Below are positions 1 through 8,677 of a DNA stretch of 64,000 nt, in pieces (the first letter of the stretch is position 1; the number at the start of each line of letters is the position of its first letter). The notes under the pieces were generated by a model. It had not been told where the DNA came from. It did no database searches and saw only the letters and a program-made list of their open reading frames with translations. The position numbers were made by a program, and so were the translations under genes. Origin of the DNA: Dehalococcoidia bacterium (GTDB lineage Bacteria > Chloroflexota > Dehalococcoidia > SpSt-223); the NCBI GenBank assembly GCA_046328265.1, contig JAXLWW010000001.1, positions 565,414 through 629,413 on the forward strand, in the 5' to 3' direction.

Positions 1-2162
1 GCGCGCTGCAGATTGTCGTCGTCGCGGCACTGCTTCACGATATAGGCGTTCTCGCGCAACGCTCGATGGATAGCTCCGGCCCGACGACTGGGCATGCAGC
101 GCTCGCTGCTGCCTTTGTCGCCGAGCGTGCTCCCGCGCCATTTCGTGAAGCGTCATCGCTGATTCTCGCCCACCATCGGCCCGACGACCGGCTAAGCCGG
201 ATACTCGAGGCCGCCGATCGGATCGCTGCAGCCGGCCCGGACGACGAAGACGCCGGTCGGCCGATCCTGCAACGGCGGTCGGCGATCCCGGCTATTTCCC
301 ACGACCCAACAACGCCCGCGCGTACCACGTCGTTCTTCGAGGTCGGGTCGCTTCCCAGTTCGCTCGAAGCGAATGCCCCACGCACCAGCCCGATGGAGCG
401 CGACGAGGTGCGCCGCCGACTGATCAGCCTGGCCGAGATGATTGCTACCGAACATATCGCCGCCGCGAGCCCGGACTTCACCTGCTATGTCCGCGGTCTG
501 CTCGACCTGATCGATCGGGTCGCCTGCTTCGCTCCAGCGCCGTCGCGCGAACCAAGTAATGACATCTCGCTTGCCACGCACCTTCGCTTGACCGCCGCAC
601 TGGCAGCTTGCCTGCTTCGCGATGATACCGACGACGCGACGCTTGGAGCCCTTGTTGCCGAGGACGGCGGATCGCTCGACGCGCCTGTTGCCGTGCTCGT
701 TTCCGGAGTGCTGAAGCGACATCCCACGCGTCCGGATAGCACGCTCAGCCTTCCGATGCTCCAGGCTCGTGCCCTGCTAGACGGCGAATTGACGTCGGCG
801 GTCGAGGATTGGCTGCTGCGCTCGCTCGACCTTCCGCCGGTCTGTCGGATTGCTGGAAGCAGCGAGGGGTTCCTTCTGCTGGTTCCGTTGGCCGCTCAGG
901 ACCGACTGCCGTCGATCGCCCTCGATCTCGAGCGCCGGCTACTCGATGGTGGTGGGGAAACCGCTGCCCGGCTTGCCTGGGAGCCGATATCCGGCCGTGG
1001 TATCGCCAACCGTGCCGGAACGCTGGTCGCCAACCTGGCCAGACAGCGCTCGGCGCCGCGGCCGTTTGGTTCGACGTCGGCGGCGGATCTCAGTCGGTTG
1101 TTTGCCGCCCGCGACCCCGACGACGACGATCGAGCAGCCGAGTTGGGCCAACTCGCCGACCAACTTCGCCAGGCTAGTCATTTGCTGGTAGCGGACGTCG
1201 AGGAGCCACTCGGACCCGTGCGGATCGTCGAGCGACCGTTGGCGGCCTTCGGCCGATCGATCGTAGTGGTGGCTGGCGCCACGCCGCCTGACCTCCCAGC
1301 CGGGGCGCGACGGGCGCGTCTGGAACGCTTTGGTCAGAGTGGCCCACATGAGGCCAGTTGGCGTGCCTGGGCGCAACGTCAATCGGCTCCGGTTGCCCTC
1401 GTCAGTCGACCGCCTTTCTCCCCGGCCAACGACGACTCGTCTGGGCTCTTGGTGCTCGATCTCGATTCGTCGAGGGATCTCCTCGCCGAAGGCCTGGCCA
1501 ACGCGCCCTTGGCTCGGGTGATCGATCTCTTGGGATTGCTCCAGCATTTCCTGCGGACGGTTGCGCCGATAGCCGCAGCCGAGCAGTCGGGCGTTCCGGT
1601 TGCGCTCGTCGCGACGGGCGCCGACGACCTGACGGTGGCTGCGCCTCCAGAAGCGTTGCCAAGAATTGGTTTCGCGGTTGCCCAGAGTCTGGCGGCGATC
1701 ACCGGCGAGCATCCGGCGCTTCGCTTGAGCGCCGCGGTGGCCCCGATCGGTCGTCCGGCTCAGGCCATCGCCGCAGCGGAGTGGCTCCTGCGCCAGTCCG
1801 CCAAGCGATACCGGCGCGTATCTGGTCGAGAAAAGGACGCCATCGCCCTGTTTGGCGGTACGGTTGGTTGGGACGAGTTCCCGGCGGTCTGGGAGCGCTA
1901 CACTCGCCTCAACGATCTCATCGGCAAACGGCGAGTATCACCTCGGCTGCTCGCCATCCTTCAGGCCGTCGATCGTGGCGGCGTTTGGAGGGCGACCTAC
2001 GACCTTCGCCAAATGTCCCAAGGTGGACGATTGCCGGAGGCGGACGCCGCCACCTTTGCCGCGGAGTTGGCACGCCCTGACAGTGCGGCTCGCCTCGCAC
2101 TCGCCGCCCGTTGGGCGGAGACAGCAGTTCAATCGCGCAACGCGGAGGCACGCCATGAATGA
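1..2162 (+). CDS. cas10: Cas10/Csm1 large subunit of a type III CRISPR-Cas effector, 5'-partial (about 10-20 codons lost at the window edge). HD domain present; palm GGDD replaced by GADD; no CxxC zinc finger.
   Basis: The reading frame is open from position 3, upstream of the annotated ATG at 66. It translates ALQIVVVAALLHDIGVLAQRS, which matches the N-terminal HD motif of Csm1 (consensus ...YGALLHDIGK...), followed by a second His cluster (ILAHHRPDD). Palm-2 strand LLVLDLDSS (DxD) and ALVATGADDLTVAAPPE sit where Cas10 has the GGDD motif. Size is ~710 aa. Genes immediately downstream are csm2-csm5. Confidence 0.8.
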   Translation, partial: ALQIVVVAALLHDIGVLAQRSMDSSGPTTGHAALAAAFVAERAPAPFREASSLILAHHRPDDRLSRILEAADRIAAAGPDDEDAGRPILQRRSAIPAISHDPTTPARTTSFFEVGSLPSSLEANAPRTSPMERDEVRRRLISLAEMIATEHIAAASPDFTCYVRGLLDLIDRVACFAPAPSREPSNDISLATHLRLTAALAACLLRDDTDDATLGALVAEDGGSLDAPVAVLVSGVLKRHPTRPDSTLSLPMLQARALLDGELTSAVEDWLLRSLDLPPVCRIAGSSEGFLLLVPLAAQDRLPSIALDLERRLLDGGGETAARLAWEPISGRGIANRAGTLVANLARQRSAPRPFGSTSAADLSRLFAARDPDDDDRAAELGQLADQLRQASHLLVADVEEPLGPVRIVERPLAAFGRSIVVVAGATPPDLPAGARRARLERFGQSGPHEASWRAWAQRQSAPVALVSRPPFSPANDDSSGLLVLDLDSSRDLLAEGLANAPLARVIDLLGLLQHFLRTVAPIAAAEQSGVPVALVATGADDLTVAAPPEALPRIGFAVAQSLAAITGEHPALRLSAAVAPIGRPAQAIAAAEWLLRQSAKRYRRVSGREKDAIALFGGTVGWDEFPAVWERYTRLNDLIGKRRVSPRLLAILQAVDRGGVWRATYDLRQMSQGGRLPEADAATFAAELARPDSAARLALAARWAETAVQSRNAEARHE

Positions 2163-2655
2163 AGCCCCGGAGCGTCGCGGACCCCCGCGCCAGGGCAACG
2201 CACCCCGGCCAGGCGGGCCGCCACGCGGCGACCGCCGACCGCCAGAACCGTACCGCCCGATCGACCCGAAGGACTTACGAGCGATTGTGGTAGATGGCAA
2301 CGCTGCCGCGACCGTCCAGGAGGCGCAACGTCTGGCTCGGGTGCTGGCCGGCGAGCGGCTCGAAGCGCGCCACGCGACCAGTGGAGCGTTGCGGACGCTC
2401 TGGGGAACGTTGCGGGAAATGGCGATTGACTGGCCAGTCGCAGCGGGTGGCGGTCTGCCCTTGCTTAAGCCGAGGCTTGCCTACCTTGCTGGCCGGGCTG
2501 GCCCGGCAGGACGCGGGGTTGGCGACCTTCAGTCGGTGATCGCGCCGGCGATTGACCTGGTGGGCGATGACCGGGACCGTTTCGATCACCTCGTCGATTT
2601 TGTCGAGGCCGTGATGGCCTATTACTTTGCCGGGCCGCAGTTCGGCGGCCGCTAA
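2155..2655 (+). CDS. csm2: Cas11/Csm2-like small subunit. Start overlaps the cas10 stop (ATGAATGA).
   Basis: 166-aa ORF lying exactly between cas10 and csm3. About 40 aa of Pro/Arg/Gly-rich low complexity at the N-terminus, then ~125 aa of predicted helical sequence (DLRAIVVDGNAAATVQEAQRLARVL...FDHLVDFVEAVMAYYF). Position and size fit Cas11; sequence similarity alone is weak. Confidence 0.5.
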   Translation: MNEAPERRGPPRQGNAPRPGGPPRGDRRPPEPYRPIDPKDLRAIVVDGNAAATVQEAQRLARVLAGERLEARHATSGALRTLWGTLREMAIDWPVAAGGGLPLLKPRLAYLAGRAGPAGRGVGDLQSVIAPAIDLVGDDRDRFDHLVDFVEAVMAYYFAGPQFGGR

Positions 2656-2670
2656 CTGAGGAGGACCGAG

Positions 2671-3483
2671 ATGGCCGACGGAACGCCGACCACGCTCTTT
2701 GGACGCATCATCTGCCGCGCCGTCGTCGAGGTCGAAACCGGGCTGCACGTCGGTGCAAGCACCGCAAGTGGCGCCGTGACCGGGCTGGACTTCCCGGTGG
2801 TGCGCGACGCTTTGACCGGCCAGCCGTACTTGCCAGGGTCGTCGCTCCGCGGGAAGTTGCGCGCCGAAACGGAGCGACTACTCGGGCTTGCGCCAAATGC
2901 GTCGGGCCGTGGCGGCCCGCAGTTCTACGTTCCGCAGAACCAGGCTGACTACGATTCAAACCCGATCGGCCGGTTGTTCGGCGTGCCAGGTGCTCGTTCG
3001 TTTCGGGTGGATGCCGCGGCCCGGCTGGTTGTGCGCGACGCCTTCCTGACACCGGACAGCGCTGCCGCGCTCAAACGAGCACGCACCGACCTCCCCTATA
3101 CCGAGGTGAAGGCCGAAGCCGCGGTCGACCGGATCACCGCTGAAGCGTTGCCTCGCCACATCGAGCGTCTGCCGGCGGGAGCGCGTCTCGGTCCGCTCGA
3201 ACTGGTCTACAGCGTCTATACCGCCCAAGACCTCGCCGATTTCACCTGGGTCGCTCGCGGCCTGCAACTGGTCGAGGACGACTATCTCGGCGGGCATGGA
3301 TCGCGCGGCAGCGGGAAGGTGCGATTCCGCGATATCGAGGTGGTGGTCCGGTCGCGCGCTGCCTATCGTGGGGAGGAGGGCGGCGCATTTGACCCTCGGA
3401 GGTTCGACGATGTCGGCACGTTGATTGCTGGTCTCGACGAACTCACGGGAGCGATCCGGACGGCGCTGGCGCTGCCCGCGTGA
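2671..3483 (+). CDS. csm3: Csm3 (Cas7-family RAMP backbone subunit). The putative target-RNA cleavage Asp is retained.
   Basis: Strong SD (GAGGAGG) 7 nt upstream of the ATG. Hallmark motifs GLHVGAS, GLDFPVVRD (Asp-containing loop), YLPGSSLRGKLR (Cas7 G-rich segment) and the C-terminal glycine-rich loop GGHGSRGSGKV. Confidence 0.85.
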   Translation: MADGTPTTLFGRIICRAVVEVETGLHVGASTASGAVTGLDFPVVRDALTGQPYLPGSSLRGKLRAETERLLGLAPNASGRGGPQFYVPQNQADYDSNPIGRLFGVPGARSFRVDAAARLVVRDAFLTPDSAAALKRARTDLPYTEVKAEAAVDRITAEALPRHIERLPAGARLGPLELVYSVYTAQDLADFTWVARGLQLVEDDYLGGHGSRGSGKVRFRDIEVVVRSRAAYRGEEGGAFDPRRFDDVGTLIAGLDELTGAIRTALALPA

Positions 3484-4409
3484 ACCTGACGCTGCTTCGC
3501 CTTCAGCCGAGAGGGCCGTTCCATTTTGGGACCGACCACACCGGTGCGCCTGCGCCGGTGATCGGCTCGGATACCCTCTTTAGCGCGGTTTGTCTGGCCC
3601 TGCGCGACCTGTTTGGTCCGGTGCGGCTGACCAGCTTCGTTCGGGTGGTGCGCAGTGCCGCCGACCCGCCGTTGCGGCTCTCGAACGCGATGCCCTTTTC
3701 GGGGAACGTGCTCTTTCTGCCCGCACTTTCAGGGGATGGCTGGGTCTCGCAGTCGCTATTTGAGGCGCAGATCGCCGGCGAGCCGCTACCAGAAACGCGG
3801 CACTTGCAGGCCGGCTGGCTTCAGGCATGCGAAGCCGACGACCTGCCAGTGGAGCGAGTATGGACGGTCGATCGCCGGCGACGGGTGCGGCTCGGAGCAG
3901 GAACGCCGGAGCCGTTCGAGGACAGCGCTGTGCGCTTTGCCTCCGGCTGCGGACTGGCAGTGCTGGCGTTGATCGACGCTGAGTGGCGGGACGACGTGCT
4001 TGCGGCGATCCGCTCGCTTGGTGACAGCGGGATTGGCGGACGGCGTTCGACCGGCGCTGGACAGTTCGATCTGGCGGTCGAATCACTCGACCTCCGCGTG
4101 CCGGATGCGCCGACGGCCTACTGTACGCTGTCGTATTACCTACCATCCGCACGTGAGCTTGAGCAGGGTGTCCTGAACGAGCCGGCTCACTACCGGATCG
4201 ACGACCGGACCGGCTGGACGAGCGGGCCAGCCGGCAGCTTTCGACACCGTTCGGTTCGGATGATTACCGCTGGTAGTGTCGTCGCGCCGGTTGACTCCCG
4301 GCCGCCGGTTGGTCGGCTCGCCGACGTCACACCGACGGGCTTTCGTGATCACGAGGTACTTCGCGCCGGTTGGAGCTTCCCCATCGGCGTTCGGGGTGGC
4401 GCTGCATGA
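3480..4409 (+). CDS. csm4: Csm4 (Cas5-family RAMP). GTG start overlaps the csm3 TGA (GTGA).
   Basis: N-terminus LLRLQPRGPFHFG...GSDTLFSAVCLAL matches the Csm4 signature (hSDTLFSAL). Glycine-rich loop GDSGIGGRRSTGAGQF. 4-bp overlaps with both neighbours. Confidence 0.8.
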   Translation: MNLTLLRLQPRGPFHFGTDHTGAPAPVIGSDTLFSAVCLALRDLFGPVRLTSFVRVVRSAADPPLRLSNAMPFSGNVLFLPALSGDGWVSQSLFEAQIAGEPLPETRHLQAGWLQACEADDLPVERVWTVDRRRRVRLGAGTPEPFEDSAVRFASGCGLAVLALIDAEWRDDVLAAIRSLGDSGIGGRRSTGAGQFDLAVESLDLRVPDAPTAYCTLSYYLPSARELEQGVLNEPAHYRIDDRTGWTSGPAGSFRHRSVRMITAGSVVAPVDSRPPVGRLADVTPTGFRDHEVLRAGWSFPIGVRGGAA

Positions 4410-5923
4410 GCGATGTGGCCCGCAACTACCGGCTCGTCGTCGACGTTCTGTCGCCGCTGGCGATTGGCTCAGGTGATTTGCCGCTTCTTCCGGAGTACGA
4501 CTACCTCGCGGACGAGGGTGCGCTGCTGGTGTACACCGCGGCGGCTGCGCGTGGTGATGATGGGCGATTGTATGGACGGCCCGACCCGGCCTATCGGCTG
4601 CCGTTTGGCGGCGTCGAGACCCGGGTCCGCTCCGACCGGTGATCAAGGACGTTCTTGGCGCTCCCTACCTGCCGGGAGCGCCCTGAAGGTGCGCTGCATA
4701 CCGGCATCGCCTCGGCTCTTCTCGAACGTGAGCGCGCGGTCGGCCGTCCGCTCAAGAAGGACGATATTGCGCCATCGGCGCGGTTCGCTGCGCAGCCAGT
4801 CGAGCGTCGGCTGTTCGGTGCACAGCCGCGAGCGAGCGGGTTGCGCGCGTTGCGAGTGAGTGACGCGATTGCCACCGAGGGAACGCGCCTCGCGCTCGCC
4901 GCCGTCCGCACCTGTGGGGTCGACGAGGGGAAGCTGGCCGCGTTATCCGAGAGGTTGGCGATCGAGGTGATCGCGCCTGGTGGGCGACTGGTCGGGTCCC
5001 TGACGATCGACGGCTCGTTCCTCGAGCAGACCGGCACGCGTTTCGAGGGAACGCCCAATCGCGGCGAGATCGGCGAGACGATCGCGCTTGCTCGCGAAGA
5101 AGGCCGTCGCCGGGCGGCCGCCGAGCGCGCCTATTTTGCGAGCGCAGGCGCGTCGGCTCTGGTTGCGTTGTTCGATGGGCTGCTCGCGTTGATCGGTACG
5201 GCCGGTGAGAACACCATGCTGGTCCAACTGGGCTGGGGAGCCGGTTGGGATTCGAAGAGCTTTGGCCCGGCGTTGACGGCCAGCGGCGACTGGCCGGCGA
5301 TCCGCGAGGAGTTCTTCGGTGGGCGAGGACGGCGCCCGGACCGCGGACGCTCTGGCGAGCGGCCACGTCCCGGCGAACGACGCTCTGGCGGTGGACGCCG
5401 TCCATCTGGGTTTCCGTCGACGCGCAAACTGGCCGATCAGGCCGGAGGACCGGGCTTTCCGCTTGGCTGGGCGCTTGTCTCTCTTGTTCCCGTCGGTGAG
5501 GCACTTCCGCTCCAAGCAACGATGCCAGCCGCCTGGCAGGATGACGCGTTCTTGGTCCAGGAGCGGGGCGCCGGTGGCGCACCAAGTCGCGCTGTTGAAA
5601 GTGTCGCACCGGCGTCGCCTTTCGCCGCGCTTCAGGCGCTGCTTAGTCCGCAGGCCGCGCCTGAGGAGCAGGGCGAGTCCGCACCTCCTCCGCCGATCGC
5701 CCGAATCGCCGATCGGGCGCTGAAAGTGGGGACGATACTCGACGCCGAGGTGGTCACGATCGAGGCGGCCAGGATCTTGGTCGATGTCGGGCGGACCGAC
5801 CCAGCCGCCCTTGATGCGGCGACCATCGGTGGCGGCAACCTCGAGGTGCGCTACCAGGTCGGACAGCGCCTACGGGTGCGGGTCATTACGCCGCCACCCT
5901 TCTTCCGCATCCGGTTGAGCTAA
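4406..5923 (+). pseudogene. csm5: Csm5 (Cas7-family RAMP) with its reading frame broken inside the conserved G-rich motif. ATG overlaps the csm4 stop (ATGA).
   Basis: N-terminal ORF MSDVARNYRLVVDVLSPLAIGSG... (Csm5-type LSPLHIGSG) ends at TGA 4640-4642. The hallmark ...VIKDVLGAPYLPG / SALK / GALHTGIASALLE... is spread over three reading frames within 4636-4700. A 422-codon ORF then resumes (4655-5923) carrying Csm5 C-terminal features (RALRVSD, LVQLGWGAGWDSKSFG) and an RG-rich insert. Confidence 0.7.
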
Positions 5924-6127
5924 GACTCCCCGGAACGCCGATTCTTCGTTGCCGCCAGGTTGCCGCTGAACGGTCATGGCGCGGGGGAGGGTGACGCCCG
6001 GCCATGGGCTGGTTCGCCGTGCCAAACATGGAACGCTCTCCTCGCCGGAGAAGCAGCACGACTTTCGGGCACATCAGGTCAATGCGAGGAGAGGGCGGGC
6101 GCTCCGGCCCGGCACTGGAACGATCCT

Positions 6128-6919
6128 TCAGATGGCGGGGGAAGCCCCGCCGTCGAAGTTGATTGCCGTTCCGGTGAGATAGCCAGCGAGCGTCGAGACA
6201 AGGAAGGCGATCAGACTCGCGGCTTCGTCGGCATCTGGAATATACCCAGCGGGCACTTCCCGCGCTGCTCTCTCGGCATACGCGCGGTCGAGATCGAAAT
6301 CGGGGTACATCGCCTGTGTTATGCGGTCGATCTGAGCGCTGCGCACCGTGCCGATGCAAACGGTGTTGACGGTGATGCCCTCGCCTGCGACTTCCTTCGA
6401 GAAGGCTTTGGTAAAAGCGATACCGGCGGCGCGGCTGACCGAGGTGGGGAGCGAGCCTGGGCCAGGCGTCTTGCCGCTGATCGCTGTCAGATTGACGATC
6501 CGGCCCCACCTCGCCTCGCGCATGTCCGGCAGCACCCGCCGGCTGCACCGGATCGCCCCGAGCAGCTTGAGATTGAGATCTTCCTGCCAGGCCTCGTCGT
6601 CGACCGCATCGAAGCGACGCGCCGCGGCGGTGCCGGCATTGTTGACCAGAATGGCGACCGGACCGTGCCGCTCGCGGATGATGTCAAAGAGACGATCGAC
6701 CTGGGCCGGATCGCGGACGTCGGCTGGCACACCCAGGACGGGAACGCCGGTTTCTTCCTCGAGTGATCGGGCGGTGGCGGCGAGACGCTCGGCATTGCGG
6801 GCGCAGATCGCGACCGTGGCGCCTTCGAGCGCAAAACGACGAGCGGTGGCGCGACCGATGCCGGCGCTCCCACCGGTAATGACGGCGACCTTGCCGGCGA
6901 TGCCGAGATCGAGCGGCAT
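6128..6919 (-). CDS. Short-chain dehydrogenase/reductase (SDR) family oxidoreductase.
   Basis: TGGSAGIGRA Rossmann motif, NNAG motif, and a catalytic-region spacing typical of classical SDRs. 263 aa. Confidence 0.9.
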   Translation of the reverse strand: MPLDLGIAGKVAVITGGSAGIGRATARRFALEGATVAICARNAERLAATARSLEEETGVPVLGVPADVRDPAQVDRLFDIIRERHGPVAILVNNAGTAAARRFDAVDDEAWQEDLNLKLLGAIRCSRRVLPDMREARWGRIVNLTAISGKTPGPGSLPTSVSRAAGIAFTKAFSKEVAGEGITVNTVCIGTVRSAQIDRITQAMYPDFDLDRAYAERAAREVPAGYIPDADEAASLIAFLVSTLAGYLTGTAINFDGGASPAI

Positions 6920-6932
6920 GGCGAACTCCCAG

Positions 6933-7958
6933 TTAGCGAAGCAATGGGGCGCAGGTATCGATGAGCGCCTTGGTACGCTGAAAGCGGCCGGCGCCGGTGT
7001 AATCTCGGCCGGTTGGGATCAGGATCGGAATGTCGCAACTGTCCCAGTGACCGAGCAACTGTTCGCGGGCTTGCTCGGAATCTCCGGCAATTCCCATTTC
7101 GTCGAGGATCTCGTCGGTGACGGCGTGGGCAACGGCGTCCATGCTGCGCTGGTTGAAGAACGCGTCCTGAATGGCGTTCTTTTCCGCGGTCCAACCGTGG
7201 AAGTCGAGCAACGATCCATAGGACCGGGTGGCAAGATAGTTGCCCAAGCCCATCTTACAGTCGTATCGGGCCGACTCCACGTCGTCGGACACGACGGTGG
7301 TGATCCAACGCCCCATATCGAATGATGAGCGGTCGCGCCCGGCCTTCTTGAGCCCGATCGCCACGTTTGGCTCGATGAACCCTTCGATAAAGCGGCGGGT
7401 ATAGCACGGATGACCCGCCATCCCCTCACAGAGTTCGCCGGCCAGTTGGGCCATCAGCTTGTTGACCGCGGCAATGTAGATCGGGACGCGCTCGCGTGGC
7501 TGCCAGGGGTCGCCATATCGGATTTGCGAGATGTCGTAGTAGGTTCCTTTGTAGGCGAGCGGCTCACTCGATTTGTGCGCCCAGACGGCGCGCATGATCT
7601 CGATGACTTCGCGGAGTTGGGGCGCCGGCTTTTCAACCTGAATGCCGTACTGAAACAGGTTCTGGCGTTTGGTGCCGGTGGCCAACCCAAGGATCATCCG
7701 GCCATTGGAAAGCTCGTCGACATCTGCCGATGCTGAGGCGGTGACGATCGGGTTGCGGATGAAGGAACGACAAACCCCCGAACCAATCTTGACGGTCGAG
7801 GTGTTACAGGCGAGGGCTGCGAGTGCGACAAAGGTATCTTGACCCGGGTCGTCGCTGGTGAAGACCATCTCGAAGCCGGCGGCTTCGGCGTACTTGGCAA
7901 GCTCGATCTTGTCGCGAAGGCTATTGCCGACTACTGAGATACCGAGACGTCGCGCCAT
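6933..7958 (-). CDS. LLM-class (luciferase-like) flavin/F420-dependent oxidoreductase.
   Basis: 341 aa. TIM-barrel LLM signature pattern (ILGLATGT..., GDPWQPRERVPIYIAA). Confidence 0.8.
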   Translation of the reverse strand: MARRLGISVVGNSLRDKIELAKYAEAAGFEMVFTSDDPGQDTFVALAALACNTSTVKIGSGVCRSFIRNPIVTASASADVDELSNGRMILGLATGTKRQNLFQYGIQVEKPAPQLREVIEIMRAVWAHKSSEPLAYKGTYYDISQIRYGDPWQPRERVPIYIAAVNKLMAQLAGELCEGMAGHPCYTRRFIEGFIEPNVAIGLKKAGRDRSSFDMGRWITTVVSDDVESARYDCKMGLGNYLATRSYGSLLDFHGWTAEKNAIQDAFFNQRSMDAVAHAVTDEILDEMGIAGDSEQAREQLLGHWDSCDIPILIPTGRDYTGAGRFQRTKALIDTCAPLLR

Positions 7959-7961
7959 CCT

Positions 7962-8300
7962 CTAGTCACCGTCCTGGGGTTGCTCTTTCTGTCCGTTGGA
8001 GGCGCGGCGACGCGGGCGGGATCGCGATCGAGGTGGCGCTGCGGGCGAACTCTCGGGCGGCTCGGCAGGGTGCTCGGGCTCGGTCCAGACCCTCTCGGAA
8101 AGGCGCATCAGGAGTTCACCGTCCGGGGCAAGGCCGACGGTTTCGAGGATGCCGCGGTCGAGCAGCCAACCGATGGCGTTTTCGGCAGAAGAAACCCGAG
8201 GATCGTCGGCCCAACCGCGCCATTCGGTATCGCGCCATTCACGGCCGCTGTCGCGACCACCATCACGGCCGCCGAACCGTTGATTTCGGTAGAAGGTCAT
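7962..8300 (-). CDS. Hypothetical small protein with an RGG/RD-rich N-terminus. Possibly co-transcribed with the LLM gene (3-bp gap).
   Basis: ORF only. No recognisable domain. High-GC context makes spurious ORFs common. Confidence 0.3.
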   Translation of the reverse strand: MTFYRNQRFGGRDGGRDSGREWRDTEWRGWADDPRVSSAENAIGWLLDRGILETVGLAPDGELLMRLSERVWTEPEHPAEPPESSPAAPPRSRSRPRRRASNGQKEQPQDGD

Positions 8301-8382
8301 CGGCGCTAACGGTATCGTTTGATGAGCGAGAAATCAAGACGTCGGGGCGGTCGGCGAGCGGATCCGCTCTCGGCAGGCCGTC

Positions 8383-8412
8383 TTGACGCCGGATCGAGCA
8401 CATTCCTATACT
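8383..8412 (+). promoter_or_regulatory. Sigma-70-like promoter for the tRNA-Thr/tRNA-Tyr transcript (-35 TTGACG, 18-nt spacer, -10 TATACT).
   Basis: TTGACG at 8383-8388 and TATACT at 8407-8412, about 45 bp upstream of the tRNA-Thr 5' end. Confidence 0.4.
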
Positions 8413-8457
8413 TGAATGCCTCGTAGCACCGCAGTCGGCGTTGGGCCGGCAGTCTGG

Positions 8458-8529
8458 GCCGACGTAGCTCAATGGTAGAGCAGCGGTTTTGTAAACCGCC
8501 GGTTGCGGGTTCGAATCCCATCGTCGGCT
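8458..8529 (+). tRNA. tRNA-Thr (anticodon UGU).
   Basis: Cloverleaf: acceptor GCCGACG/CGTCGGC, D-arm GCTC-AATGGTA-GAGC, anticodon stem GCGGT/ACCGC with loop TTTGTAA (TGT), T-loop TTCGAAT, discriminator T. CCA not fully encoded. Confidence 0.9.
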
Positions 8530-8550
8530 CCCGGCTACGAGTGTGTCCCT

Positions 8551-8638
8551 GGTAGGGTGGCCGAGTGGTTAATGGCGTCGGTCTGTAAAACCGATGGGCG
8601 GAAGCTCTACACTGGTTCGAATCCAGTCCCTACCACCA
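8551..8638 (+). tRNA. tRNA-Tyr (anticodon GUA), type II with long variable arm and encoded CCA.
   Basis: Acceptor GGTAGGG/CCCTACC, anticodon loop CTGTAAA (GTA), long variable arm TGGGCGGAAGCTCTACAC, T-arm ACTGG-TTCGAAT-CCAGT, 3' ACCA. Confidence 0.9.
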
Positions 8639-8666
8639 GGGCCCTGCCGCATGGCAGGGCTTCTTG
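8639..8666 (+). terminator. Intrinsic terminator after the tRNA operon (also between convergent genes).
   Basis: Hairpin GGGCCCTGCC-GCAT-GGCAGGGC followed by TTCTTG. Confidence 0.6.
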
Positions 8667-8677
8667 AATCGGATGAC

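Noticed and set aside
6133-6156. GC hairpin GGCGGGG-gaag-CCCCGCC as a terminator between csm5 and the SDR gene.
   Set aside because: It lies inside the SDR coding sequence (encodes ...FDGGASPAI*) and lacks a U-tract. Not called.
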